Assembly: GCF_004010195.1 (NCBI RefSeq)
Contig: NC_057733.1
Span: 36,632,394-36,696,393, forward strand
Length of the DNA: 64,000 bases
Origin: Chiloscyllium plagiosum
Lineage: Eukaryota
Direction: 5' to 3'
Part shown: positions 10,417-64,000 of the stretch, piece by piece
How the letters are laid out: each line of letters begins with the position of its first letter
Position numbering within the stretch: the stretch's first letter is position 1
Translations under genes and position numbers: made by a program
Notes under the pieces: model-generated
Told to the model about the DNA's origin: nothing
Seen by the model: the letters and a program-made list of their open reading frames with translations, nothing else
Databases searched by the model: none

Positions 10417-11983
10417 TCGGCTCACCGGCGGTTTGTTCATTTCTGGTTCTCGGGTCAGGAGGTTCTCTGAGGTAGACACACTCGGTGAACTGAGAGCTGG
10501 TTCTGGTCGTTACTTACAAGTTGGTAGAAGATTGGAGTGTGACTGAATCCAACTCCTCGGTGTTTCCAGCCTTTTCCACTTTCTATCGCGGCTTCAAATA
10601 CCCGATGAAGGAGCAGCGCTTCGAAAGTTCGTGGTTTCACGTAAACCTGTTGGTAAATACAGTGGTACCGGGACTGCAGAGAACAACAGGAGGAAGTCTT
10701 TCAGGCCCTCCAGCCTGTTTCACAATTCGGCACCTAAACATCCCTGTCATCACATTTCACCGCAGCTTTTGATCCTGCTTACCAACCAGAGTCTGTCTCA
10801 ACATTTAGTTCCAGAAGAGTAAGCGCTTTCATTTCTTGTTTCATGTTTTAATGTTGAAGGCATTTTGATATATTGCATCTGCCAGAGGTATTTTCTGGCG
10901 TCAACATAAGTTATCCTAAAAAGGCATTCGCTGCAGACAAGGGAAATGATACCTGCGTATTTGAGTTACAAACAGCGATCAGCTTTGTTGCTTTTATGTT
11001 ATCTATGTTAAAATAGCCACAATAGTTTGTTAAATTAAACTTCTGATGTTGGCTTGCATGTCTGGATTCTCTGCTTAATGATGTTACAGTCTGTGACTGT
11101 CAGCCATGAATATGTAAACACTACACTAACTCCATTGTACAGAGACTGCAACTGAGGCGAATTGCGTACCTTTATCCTGGGGTGTTGCATGTTGTCATTT
11201 CATGGAAATCTCTCAAAGGTCTGGAAAATCTGTGCTGTGACACAACATGTCACCTTTTACTTTGATGCTAGGAATCAAATTGCAGATTAGGTTGCAGATA
11301 AGATTTGTACCTAATACATAGTCATAAAGCCATGCAGCATGGAAACATTTCCTTTGGCCCAACTAGTCCATGATGATTGTAATCCCAAACTAAACTAATC
11401 TCACCTGCCTGCTTCTGACCCATTGATAGGATGTGGCATCACTGGCTTGACCAGCATTTATTGCTAATTGCTGAGATGGCACTTGAGAGTAAATCGCATT
11501 GTGGGTCTCAAGTCTCATATAAGCCACACCAGGTAAGGATGATGGATAGGCTTTGAGAAGTCAGTAGATGAGGTGCTTGCTGCAAACTACTAGCTGTAGC
11601 CAGTGTATTTATATGATTAGTACAGTCGAGTTTCTGGTTAATGGTAAATCCCAGGATAGTAAGTGGGGGATTCCATTATACCATTGACTGTCAAGGGGTG
11701 ATGGTCTTGCCTGATATTTGTGTGGCCCAAGTGTTACTTGCCATTTTTCAGCCCAAACCTGTGCATTGACTGGATCATGCTGCATTTGGATATGGACTGC
11801 TTCAATATCTGAGGAGTGATGAATAGTACTGAAATGTGGTGCAATCATCAGTGAACATTCCCACTTCTGACCTCCAAAGGGAAGGTCTTTGAAGCAGCTC
11901 AAACACTTCCCTGAGGAACTCCTACAGAGATGACCTGGAGCTGAGATGACTGACATCCAACACTTATGTTTTTGACAGATCAC

Positions 11984-12110
11984 TTATGGCAGTTTGTAGT
12001 CAGTATGAATGATATTCTTGCTGATTGGGTATCTACAAAACTGTTGTATGCCAAAAACTAGAGCAACAGTTTCTCCTTCAGTGTTGGAGCAATTTGATTT
12101 AGCTGTTTTA
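11984..12110 (-). mobile_element. Ty3/Gypsy RNase H relic
   Basis: ETVALVFGIQQFCRY...IHTDYKLP resembles the Gypsy E.EALA.VFG..KF..Y...I.TDHKPL motif. Confidence 0.55.
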
Positions 12111-12204
12111 ATGACCTTGGAACCAAATTCAGTAACTATTATATGCTCTGAGGCCCTTCTGAAATGCATCTGCTTTAAATCTACTAAAATCTTAAAGAGC
12201 ACAT

Positions 12205-13445
12205 ATTATGGATGCAGGTTTGCTTGCTGAGCTGCAAGGTTCATTTTCAGATGTTTTGTCTCCATACTAGTAACATCAGTGAGCCTCCAAATGAAGCACT
12301 GGTGGTATGGCCCACTTTGTTTTGGTTCTCTGTCGGTGATGTCACTTCCTGTGGTGGTTATTTCCAGTTCTTTTCTTGGGGGTGGTAACTGGGATCCAAG
12401 TCAATGTGTTTGTTGAGAGAGTTCTGGTTGGAGTGCCATGCTTCAAGGAATTCTTGCACGTGTCTCTGGCTTGTCCAAGGATGGATGTGTTCTCCTAGTC
12501 TAATTGTTGTCCTTCCTCATCTGTATGTAAAGATATTAGTGAGAGTGGGTCATGTATCCTGGTGGCTAATTTTCTGCCTGTTTGTCCAATGTAGTGTTTG
12601 TTACAGACCCAATCATCCCAATACCCACAAATGAAGCTGCATTAGAACATTATTTCAACGAGCCACCATACACTGCACCACAGAGGAACTACAAATAGCA
12701 GAGGAAAATTACCTATACGGTATATTCAAAAAGAACGGGTACCCAATGAACGCAGTCTGCTGATTTCTCAGCAGCAAACCCAAACAAGCAGACAAAATGA
12801 ATCCAGAAACTCTAGCTACTCTCCCCTACATCAAAGACCTCTTGGAAATGACTGCCAGACTTCGGACCTCTTGGAATCATGGTGGCCCACAAAGCCACCA
12901 ACACACTAAAACAGCAGCTAATGAACTTGAAAGACCCTACACAGAATGTCACTTACAAAATACCTTGCAAGACCAGTAACTAACACTACATTGGACAAAC
13001 AGGTAGAAAACTAGTCACCAGGATAAATGAACATAAACCAACCACAAAAAGACATGACCCACTCTCTCGAGTATTCTTACATACAGATGAGGAAGGACAC
13101 CACTTTGGCTGGGACAACAAATCCATCCTAGGACAAGCCGAACAGAGACATGCACGAAAATTCCTTGAACCATGGCATTCCAACCAGAACACTCTCAACA
13201 AACACATTGACTTGGATCCCATTTACCACCCCATCAGTAAAAGAATGGGAAATGATGATGTCATATGGGAAATGGCATCATCAACATAAGGAAACATAAA
13301 TATATAAATAGAAAGCGGGCCATACCACCAGTGCTTCATCAGGGGCTCACTGATGATGTTACCTACTATGGTGACAAAACAAACCTTCCTGCTCAGTGAG
13401 CAAACCTACGCCCAGAACCTCAAAGTGAGCTGCAAATCTTCTCAA
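12205..13445. mobile_element. Penelope-like element, two arms in inverted orientation
   Basis: GIY-YIG remnant (YKIPC..HYIGQTGRKL) near 12950-13040. Arm 12205-12605 is the reverse complement of ~12985-13410. Confidence 0.85.
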
Positions 13446-13499
13446 AGGAAATCTCATTATGGAAATAGTTATTGTATGATGGAGCATTTTTGAGAAATT

Positions 13500-15180
13500 G
13501 AAAGTGTGACCATAATACAATAAGCTTCAGTCTGCAATTTGAGAGGAAGAGGGTACAATCAGCAGTGACAATTTTTCAGTTGAATAAAGGGAACGATGGA
13601 GCTATGAGGGAGGAGCTGGCCAAAGTTCAATAGTGCAATACCTTAGCAGGGATGACCGTGGAGGAACACTGGTGGATATTTCTGTGTATAATGCAGAAGT
13701 TGCAGGATCAGTTCATTCCAAAAAGGAAGAACGATCCTAGGAGGAGGCATGGGTGGCCGTGGCTGACGAGGGAAGTTAAGAAACATACAAAGTTAAAAGA
13801 GAAAAAGTTTAACATAGCGAAGATAAGTGNNNNNNNNNNNNNNNNNNNNNNNNNNNNNNNNNNNNNNNNNNNNNNNNNNNNNNNNNNNNNNNNNNNNNNN
13901 NNNNNNNNNNNNNNNNNNNNNNNNNNNNNNNNNNNNNNNNNNNNNNNNNNNNNNNNNNNNNNNNNNNNNNNNNNNNNNNNNNNNNNNNNNNNNNNNNNNN
14001 NNNNNNNNNNNNNNNNNNNNCAGCATGGATTTATGAATGGGAATCATACTTGACTAATCTTCTGGAATTTTTTGAGGATGTAACTCTGAAGATGGACGAG
14101 GGAGATCCAGTAGATGTAGTGTACCTGGACTTTCAGAAAGCTTTTGATAAAGTCCCACATAGGAGGTTAGTGAGCAAAAATTAGAGCGCATGGTATTGGG
14201 GGCAAAGTACTAACTTGGATTGAAAGTTGGTTGGCTGATAGGAAACAAAGAGTAGTGATAAACGGCTCAATTTCGGAATGGTAGGCAGTGACCAGTGGAG
14301 TACCACACGGATCAGTACTGGACTGCAGATTTTTACAATGTATGTTAATGATATAGAAGATGGTATTAGTAATAACATTAGCAAATTTTCTGATGATACT
14401 AAGCTGGGTAACAGGGTGAAATGTGAGGAGGATGTTAGGAGATTACAGGATGAGCTGGACAAGTTAGGTGAGTGGTCAGATGCATGGCAGATGCAGTTTA
14501 ATGTGGATAAATGGATCCTTATCCACTTTGGTGGCAAGAACAGGAAGGCAGATTACTACCTAAATGGAATCAATTTAGGTAAAGGGGCAGTACAGAGAGA
14601 TCTGGATGTTCTTGCACACCAGTCAATGAAGGTAAGCATGCAGGTGCAGCAGGTAGTGACGAAGGCTAATAGCATGCTGGCCTTCATAACAAGAGGGATT
14701 GAGTATAGAAGCAAAGAGGTTCTTCTGCAGCTGCACAGAGCCCTGGTGAGACCACACCTGGAGTAGTGTGTGCAGTTCTGGTCTCCAAATTTGAGGAGAG
14801 ACATTCTGGCTATGCTCGAGAAATCGTGGATGCGTTGGTAATTATTTTCCAGAGTTGATAGATTCGGGATCAGTGGCTAATGTTGTACCACTTTTTAAAA
14901 AAGGTGGGAGAGAGAAAGCAGGAAATGATAGACCAGTTACCATTTAGGACAGAGATGAGGAGAAACTTCTTCACCCAGAGAGTGGTGCTTGTGTGGAATG
15001 CTCTGCCCCAGGGGGCAGTGGAGGCCCAGTCTCTGGATTCATTTAAGAAAGAGTTAGATAGAGCATTCGAGGATTGTGGAATCAAGGGTTATGGAGATAA
15101 GGCAGGAACAGGATACTGATTTAAGGATGATCAGCCATGATCATATTGAATGGCCTACCCCTGCACCTATTGTCTATTGT
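13500..15180 (+). mobile_element. CR1 LINE ORF2 fragments, rearranged, spanning a gap
   Basis: QHGF, YLDFQKAFDKVPH, KFSDDTKLG, WQMQFNVDK, LVRPHLE, RRNFFTQRVV motifs. Confidence 0.9.
13830..14020. other. Assembly gap
   Basis: Run of N. Confidence 1.
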
Positions 15181-15544
15181 CCTCCATATGTATATGGTAT
15201 GTTTTTGGCAGGGAGGAACTCAAAAAGGAACTATCTTGTGTAAACTTCAATGTGTAGGAACAAACAGTGCAAGAAACAGACACCTTTTGTCAGTCACTTT
15301 TTTTATTGGTTAAACACCTTCCATACATCTTTATCACCTGTACATCTAGGTGGTCTGTGTGATTCTTTGATATGGTCCATATGTTATTGGAATATGTTCT
15401 GGTAGATTGATAATCTGGGGGATCTGAAGAAACAAGTTGTTTTTGTAGTTGAAACAAGCCACACCTTTATAAAAGATTTAGACATTCCATTGAATATGGT
15501 GACTGTTGTAATAGTTGTGCCAGCACTTTTAACTGCAGCTTCCT

Positions 15545-15830
15545 GCATGGTGGCTCATTGGTTAGCACTGTTGCCTCACAGCACCAAGAACCCAGGTTCA
15601 ATTCCTGCCTAGGGTGACTGTCTGTGTGGAGTTTGCACATTCTCCCCATGTCTGTGTGGTTTTCCTCCCACAGTCCAAAGATATGCAGGTTAGGTGAACT
15701 GGCCATGCTAAATTGCCCATAGTCAGGAGTAAATATTGGGTAGGGGAATGGGTCTGGGTGGGTTACTCCTTGGAGGGTCGGTGTAGACTTGTTGGCCAAA
15801 GGGCCTGTTTCTATACTGTAAGGAATCTAA
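15545..15830 (+). mobile_element. V-SINE (HE1-like)
   Basis: A/B boxes and V core as in the other copies. Confidence 0.85.
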
Positions 15831-17102
15831 TCCATTGCAATTTATTTGAAAGTGCATCCTCCACTGACTAGACCATCAGTCGTATATTCTTGAGGTTTGT
15901 CTAGAAATGCTTTTCTGAAGGATTTGATGTGTGTTGAAATCATCACCAATTTCATAAGCATTTCAGCTTCAGTGAAATGACATTCTGTTCCTTTTTAAGT
16001 CAAGACATATCTATGAATTGGTCAAATATTTCACCAGTTTTTGGTGATATGCAAGAATTTAATCCTGAAATTGAATCAAACTTTATTTTGATCACTTTAT
16101 TTTGATTTTATAATGTGAGAAATTTGTGGGTATTTGTCAATCTCTAAGTAAGGATTGATTCCTTGAATAACTGAGGTCCTGACAAACGTCAATGCATTGC
16201 CAATCCAAATCAAAAAATCTATATTTAGTGTGCTGTTTGTGGTTTTTTTTTTTGCCAAATTTCTTATTTTTGCTGCCCTTTTTAAAGATGACAGGCTTGT
16301 TTATTTTAAGGAAAAGAAAATCATTTTTCCTTGGTAAAAGTAAGGCAAAAAACATTTCAAGTCATTTCAGAAAAAGGAAATAGCAGAATGGGCTAAAGAG
16401 TAACAGCAAGGCCTCTTTAGTCTGGAAACATTTCTCTTGGTATTTTGTTCCTGTACTTTTTTTTCCAGGATTTCTTTCATAGATTTTGTAAGCTGTCGTC
16501 TTTTTGTTTCAAGAGAAATAGAGTATATGTTGTGCTTCAGTACAAGTTTGTAGCATTTAGTTTTGTTTGTAGCACTTTTGTCTTTGTTTTCCCAACCATC
16601 CATGTGTCTGAGTTGACAGCTGAAATTACAACGTAGCACATCTGCCATGCTGCTATTACCTTTTCAGCTTTTATCTGCATATTGCTGCAAACTGCCTCTT
16701 GCCACTAGCTTTAATATTGACTTGTTGCTATGATTAGTGCACTACATACAATATACATCAACAGTCGTGTTGAGTCAGATGTCTGAAGTTTATTAACAAC
16801 GCTAACTACTTAGCCAGGCATAATATCAGAGACTTGCAGTCTGGGTTGAATGATTAAACTGGCTCCTTTATGCAAAAATCAATAACCTAATGTTTTGTCA
16901 TCTTGAATTATATTGCCCTTATCCATTGACTCTGCAAGTCTGTTTAATATTTTCCTGTATTTTGGAAGTACTCTATTATAATATGTTTAGATCAAAGTCT
17001 GCTTTATTGTAGCACAAAACCATTGCAGGTTTTGAACTTTTTTTTTCTTTCTCTCTCATTTAGGTACTAGAACAAAGCTTCAAGATCAACTGTCTTTTTA
17101 TC

Positions 17103-58953
<41,851 letters not shown>

Positions 58954-59409
58954 AGTGAAGCAGAACCTGCACCTATCAAGAAACCTACCAGAACAGAACA
59001 GACAATAATCATAAACCAATGATACTACTGACAATCGTTAAAAGGAATATTTATGGATTGTGTTTCATAGTTGGACAAAAATTACTGCCCGTCATTTGAA
59101 CTTGAATTAAGGAAACAAAGATTTATTGTGCTTGGACATGGTACCAATTGCAACTTGTAACTTAATTTGGGGGGGTTCAAATGGGAGAAAGGAATCTATA
59201 CTTGAGATATCTCCCCCTTTGTGGCATTCATGGCATTAAACAAAGCTTCAAAGGAAATTGAAGAACATTGTACTCTGTCACAGAGGAGCTCGGAAGCATT
59301 GCTGTAGTTTTTGGGACCTCTCTGTTTATGGTACAAACTTTATTCCTTACAGAATTCATAGTCGCAGAAAGGGGGTCCATGGTAGATTGCGGGTAACCAG
59401 GAAATGAAG

Positions 59410-59708
59410 AATAAAGTTATTTTTCTTACTCCTCAAAATGTCATTTGACCTAATCAGTATTTTATATTGTAACAGCATTGTGTTTTCCAAATTGCCCTTT
59501 ACGTGGAAATTGCAAATTTTTAATAGAAAAGCAGAAACTCTCACCTAGCTTCATAAGAGTTGATTAATGCAAGAGACTTGTTTAATTGAGAGATGGTCAG
59601 ATTACAACAATTAAAAATTATGCATTTTATGCAACTGCACTGAAAGTCTTTTTTTTACTATGGAAGTGTTCCAGGAAGACTGAAAGGTTGTGGTCTATTT
59701 TTAATAAA
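59410..59708 (+). terminator. Candidate polyadenylation signals of GAA copy 1
   Basis: AATAAA at 59410-59415 and 59703-59708. Which one is used cannot be told from sequence. Confidence 0.45.
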
Positions 59709-60288
59709 AAAAATTGTAGAATTGACCTTTCAGAGTGCTGCTCCTTCATCAGGTAGCTATGGAGCAGGATCATAAGACAACTTATTGCAAAATTCTGCAG
59801 AATTGTGGGATACTGTGTGTGTGTGTGTGTTTTTTCCTTTGGTACAAACTCTCTGAAATACAACTGAAAAGTAACCGGCTATTTGATTTCCGTCTGATCA
59901 GCCTGCCATGGCATCTCAACCAGTTTGAATGGTTATAGGGTGCTGTTAAAGCTGTTAGTACAGCTGTCATAGGCACTCTTAAATTCCTACATCAACTTTA
60001 CAAAGGTTTGTCAAAGGCAAAAAAATTCATTTGCACTAGCAGAATTTCATTGTCTTCAGCATGGGGAAATCCCAGACAGCCCTTATTCTTTCTTTTGGAG
60101 TTACTTCGCCTTTTCCCATTGCAGTCTAAATATGCCCCTTTGCAAATAATTCTAAGCGTACAGTGATTGAAGATTCACCTTTTTACTTTTATGGGGCTGG
60201 TTGCTCAGCCATTGTACTCCTTTTCCATATTAGCCTCTTCCTTCATTCATCATTCATCCCTTTCGGCATCAGTTTGCAGATAGCTGCA

Positions 60289-60577
60289 CAAAGTTTGTGA
60301 GAAGATTTGTAGCTCGGGTGCTCGTTGTTGTGGTTCTGTTCGTCGAGCTGGGAATTGCAGTCACACTCCAATTTATTTATTCACACTCCACTCCATTTAT
60401 ATATCCCCGCGTTTTTTTTTCCAAATTAAAACCTCAAATGCAGTTGCAGACGTTTCGTCCCCTGTCTAGGTGACGTCCTCAATGCTTGGGAGTCTCCTGT
60501 GGAGCTTCAGGATGTTACCTAGACAGGGGATGAAACGTCTGCAACACAAATTCCCAGCTCGGCGAACAGAACCATAA
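60289..60577. mobile_element. PLE-derived hairpin insertion with templated filler
   Basis: 12-bp target-site duplication cagatagctgca (60277, 60578). Inverted arms. Filler 60360-60443 is partly copied from 60772-60823. Confidence 0.8.
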
Positions 60578-60941
60578 CAGATAGCTGCATCTTTGATAAT
60601 TTCACTCCAATTACACATCTTCAATGCACATAACAACGATTCCTCCCACTTTCCAACAGGTCAATCTCCTCTTCTGGGCTCCGAGAGACTGCAATGCCTA
60701 TTATTGTGTAAAGTATTTTTGGGATAGTTTTTGATTAGTATCTGAATGTAAAACTGGTATTGCGGACAGCACATTTATATATCCCCGCGTTTTTTTTTCC
60801 AAATTCAAACCTCAAATGCAGTTTATTTTTCGAATGAAGTAGTCGTTTTGATGGGTCTGGAAATGTTTTAATGAAAATATTAATTAACGGTTCTGAAGTT
60901 TCCGATTTCGTCAGCAGTGAAGTACCAGTGATATAAAGAAG

Positions 60942-61541
60942 AACAGACATTCTACAAATGTGAACACTGAAGTATTAAGAATAGATGAGGGAAGTGATGA
61001 AGTTACCCCTCTCCGTCCGCCATGTTCTCTGTTGCTAAGAGACGATTACAACAACCCGGCCGCTGTCCCAGTGCGTTGTCGGACTGTACCATGCTTTGGG
61101 AGAGGGGGTGTTTGTGTGTGGAGGTTGGGTTGTCAATGGTGAGAAGGCAAGGAACAGACACCCCTCCCCGTGACCGTGTAGATGTGGACCGGCCCAGTGG
61201 GTGAAGCCGGAGCTGTCATGTGACTCGGCTCACCGGCGGTTTGTTCATTTCTGGTTCTCGGGTCAGGAGGTTCTCTGAGGTAGACACACTCGGTGAACTG
61301 AGAGCTGGTTCTGGTCGTTACTTACAAGTTGGTAGAAGATTGGAGTGTGACTGAATCCAACTCCTCGGTGTTTCCAGCCTTTTCCACTTTCTATCGCGGC
61401 TTCAAATACCCGATGAAGGAGCAGCGCTTCGAAAGTTCGTGGTTTCACGTAAACCTGTTGGTAAATACAGTGGTACCGGGACTGCAGAGAACAACAGGAG
61501 GAAGTCTTTCAGGCCCTCCAGCCTGTTTCACAATTCGGCAC
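60942..61541. promoter_or_regulatory. Putative bidirectional promoter block, copy B (X-box 61031-61043, CLEAR/M-box 61215-61224, antisense ATG exon 61007-61023)
   Basis: Matches 10134-10733 and lies 1.8 kb upstream of the second GAA first coding exon. Confidence 0.8.
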
Positions 61542-63375
61542 ACCTCACACAGCCTTTCGCTACTATTTTTAATCCTATTTACCAACAACTACCTCAACAT
61601 TTAGTGTTAGCGTAAGCATTTTAATTTGTTGTTTCACGTTGTTAGATTTTAATTTCAATGACATTTACAGTACTGGAACTGTCAGCGTTAAAAGGTGCAT
61701 TCCAGTATCATTAGCAGAAGTTTGTCGTTGACATTCTGTATAAACGAGGCAGTGACATTGGGCAACATACTTGCTGACTTTGCAATTCTTTTCAGTATAT
61801 GTCTTTTAAAGTTGATTTTGTAACGTCGTGCTGGGGCATTGGTGGTGATAGATCACCAAATGGGCATTTTATTGTGCGTGAACCTTGCGTAGACTTTAAG
61901 AATGTTATTTGACTTGATTTTGGAATAGAAAGTTCTAGTAGGCTACACTGCCTAGAGCGAACACAATGTAAGGATGATATAGATAAATACAAATGTACTA
62001 AAACAATATTTCAAACTAATGCGACATAAGTCTAAGTTTTTGTTTCCTTCGTCAGAATGGCGTAGCCTAATTTTCAATATGACTGATAAGTGGCTAATGC
62101 AGTAGTTTTATGTATTGCAAGATCCCACACAAACACAAAATTGGCAAATAATGGATTAAGCTTTTCCCTTATGGTGTTTATTGGCAAATAAACATTGATA
62201 ACACTAGGGAATCTACTTCATTAGCAGTATGTTATCTTTAACATGGTATTTAAGCTAGCAGAGGTTACCTCTAATTTAGAATCTAAACAAAATATACCAT
62301 GTAAAACAATGTAGCATTTCTTCAATTTTTCACTGAAGTGTCAACCTGCATTATATGCTCAAGTCAGGGCTAAACTGAAGCCAGATCTTTTAATCCAGAA
62401 GTGAGTATGCAACAAAGCTGACGTTAATGAAACTGATTTAGGAAGTGGTGATTAGATGTCCAAAGTAAAGTTGAGTTGTGGAATCCAGAAACTTTAATAC
62501 AAAGTCAGTGATCTGTTCAAAATGATGTAGTATATAGTTAGTTATCTGAAGGATGTTGACCACACTTGCCTGAAATCCACATCTCAGAAGGAGACCATTT
62601 GGCTTATCTGTGAACTCTAGCTCTCACTCATTTCACTTTTTTAGGCTACCCCATTTCTGTTTCTCTTCATGTAGATAGTAAACTTACTCTTAATCCATTT
62701 TGGGTGATAGTGAGATATGCATTCTACTGTTTTTTGTATTTTTCTGAAATTTATTTGGTTAGTGGTTATCTTCTGTTTATGTCCTATTATTTTGGATAGG
62801 CCCACAAGTAATAGTGATTTTTCACATCCTTCAATTTGAAGATTCTGCAGGGAAACAAGCTGCAGCTTGCATATTTCCTGATCACTGCATCATCTTAATT
62901 TTGGTAATATCCTTGGAAATCTTTTGTACAAACTCTCCTGTACTTTAATAATCATTTTAATACTCGGGACCACTATGTTCAGGTCTGTTCTCCAAAGTGT
63001 AATTTCACTTAAGTTCTACACAAAGTTAACAATACTCCATAAGTTTCATATTTTGTTTTCCTAGGAATGATTTCTAAAATTTGGGTTTAATAACTTGTAT
63101 TGCTCTTTGTTTCAGCACCCCTAGACATATTTTCCCTCTATTTAATTTACTTTTAGATTTGAGCTCCCAAAGAAATCATGACCTACCAAAATCATCAACT
63201 TCATTCTGTGAACATTCCATTCCATTGTGAAGTATCTTGTTTATCAGCATTAAGTTGTAGTATGAGATGACATTGTTCCCTGTTTTGAACACTAACTTTT
63301 TATTTTAAACATTTCTACTCTGTCCTTTAGGTGGACAAAGTGAACCACAACTTCAAGATCAACTGCCTCGTCATC

Positions 63376-63993
63376 ATGTTCCTACAACATTACAAAGCAG
63401 AAAAATGTGCTCTTGCTCCAGGAAATGAAGGAAAGGTGCTAGCAGGATTTCCAACTGTCACAAAGCCAAGAATGCCTGCAACTAATGTTATTAAAAATGG
63501 AGCAATCCTTCTTAGTGTCATTTTAGTTGTTGTAATTACATACCATAGTTATTTTACTCTCGAGTCTCAAGTGATTCCTCGGCATGTTAAAATGAGGATG
63601 TTTAAACTAGATTTATTGTGGCAATACCCACATGATAAAAACAGAACAGAGACTTCAGAAATACTGAACCAGCTGCCATTCAATTACAGTCATCACAGTG
63701 ACTCCCAATGTGATATTGATCCAAATAGTAGATTTGATTGTGCTTTCAATGAAGCGATTGACATGACCAAATGTCAGAGTCGTGGCTGCTGTTGGAATTC
63801 AGCAGCCAAAGCTGGTTCTCCACCCTGTTTCTTGCCATCAAACTATCCTTCTTACCACATGGATTACCTTTCCCCAACAAGTACTGGCTACACAGCCTCA
63901 CTGAGCCGCAGTGAGATGACACTGTTCCCAAATGACATAATGACACTTCAGTTGAATGTAATGTATGAGACATCTGGCAGACTTCATTTTACT
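63376..63993 (+). CDS. GAA: Tandem GAA paralogue (copy 2), first coding exon (exon starts 63331); gene continues beyond the window
   Basis: Open 206-codon frame MFLQHYKAEK...CDIDPNSRFDCAF..CQSRGCCW..CFLPSNYPSY...GRLHFT|gtaagt. Collinear with 17103-17720 without indels. Not listed in the ORF track because no stop is reached. Confidence 0.93.
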
Positions 63994-64000
63994 GTAAGTA

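Larger units (their letters stand above)
10134..10733. promoter_or_regulatory. CpG-rich putative bidirectional promoter / first-exon block, copy A
   Basis: CpG-rich island in CpG-poor surroundings, 6.3 kb upstream of the GAA first coding exon. Matches 60942-61541 with no mismatch seen (offset 50808). Confidence 0.8.

Noticed and set aside
10152-10822. Short plus-strand and overlapping ORFs in the CpG block, repeated at 60960-61604
   Set aside because: Identical only because the DNA is duplicated. Most start at GTG/TTG, have no recognisable domains and overlap in several frames.
13652-14053. ORFs containing long X runs (also 37223-37918)
   Set aside because: Artefacts of assembly gaps.

Overview
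Eukaryotic, repeat-rich vertebrate DNA, not prokaryotic. The HE1/V-SINE, Deu-SINE, CR1, L2, Rex1 and Penelope content points to a cartilaginous fish, probably a shark (inference). The window holds one complete and apparently intact lysosomal acid alpha-glucosidase (GAA, GH31) gene on the + strand: 19 coding exons at 17103-58953, 2883 nt, 960 aa, with the WIDMNE and HWTGD catalytic motifs intact. The first coding exon of a tandem GAA paralogue follows at 63376-63993. Both proteins have an ~40-aa N-terminal tail before the hydrophobic segment, resembling a type II membrane anchor. They are only ~58% identical over that exon (hand count), yet their promoters share a 600-bp block in which I found no mismatch (10134-10733 = 60942-61541). 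This block looks bidirectional: a CLEAR/M-box on the GAA side, and an RFX X-box plus an ATG mini-exon pointing into an unidentified minus-strand gene built from duplicated 111-nt acidic exons. Introns are filled with nested retroelements, including inverted Penelope-like fragments with minimal hammerhead-ribozyme cores. There are two assembly gaps. Comparisons with human GAA exon sizes and residue numbers are from recalled knowledge, not a search.
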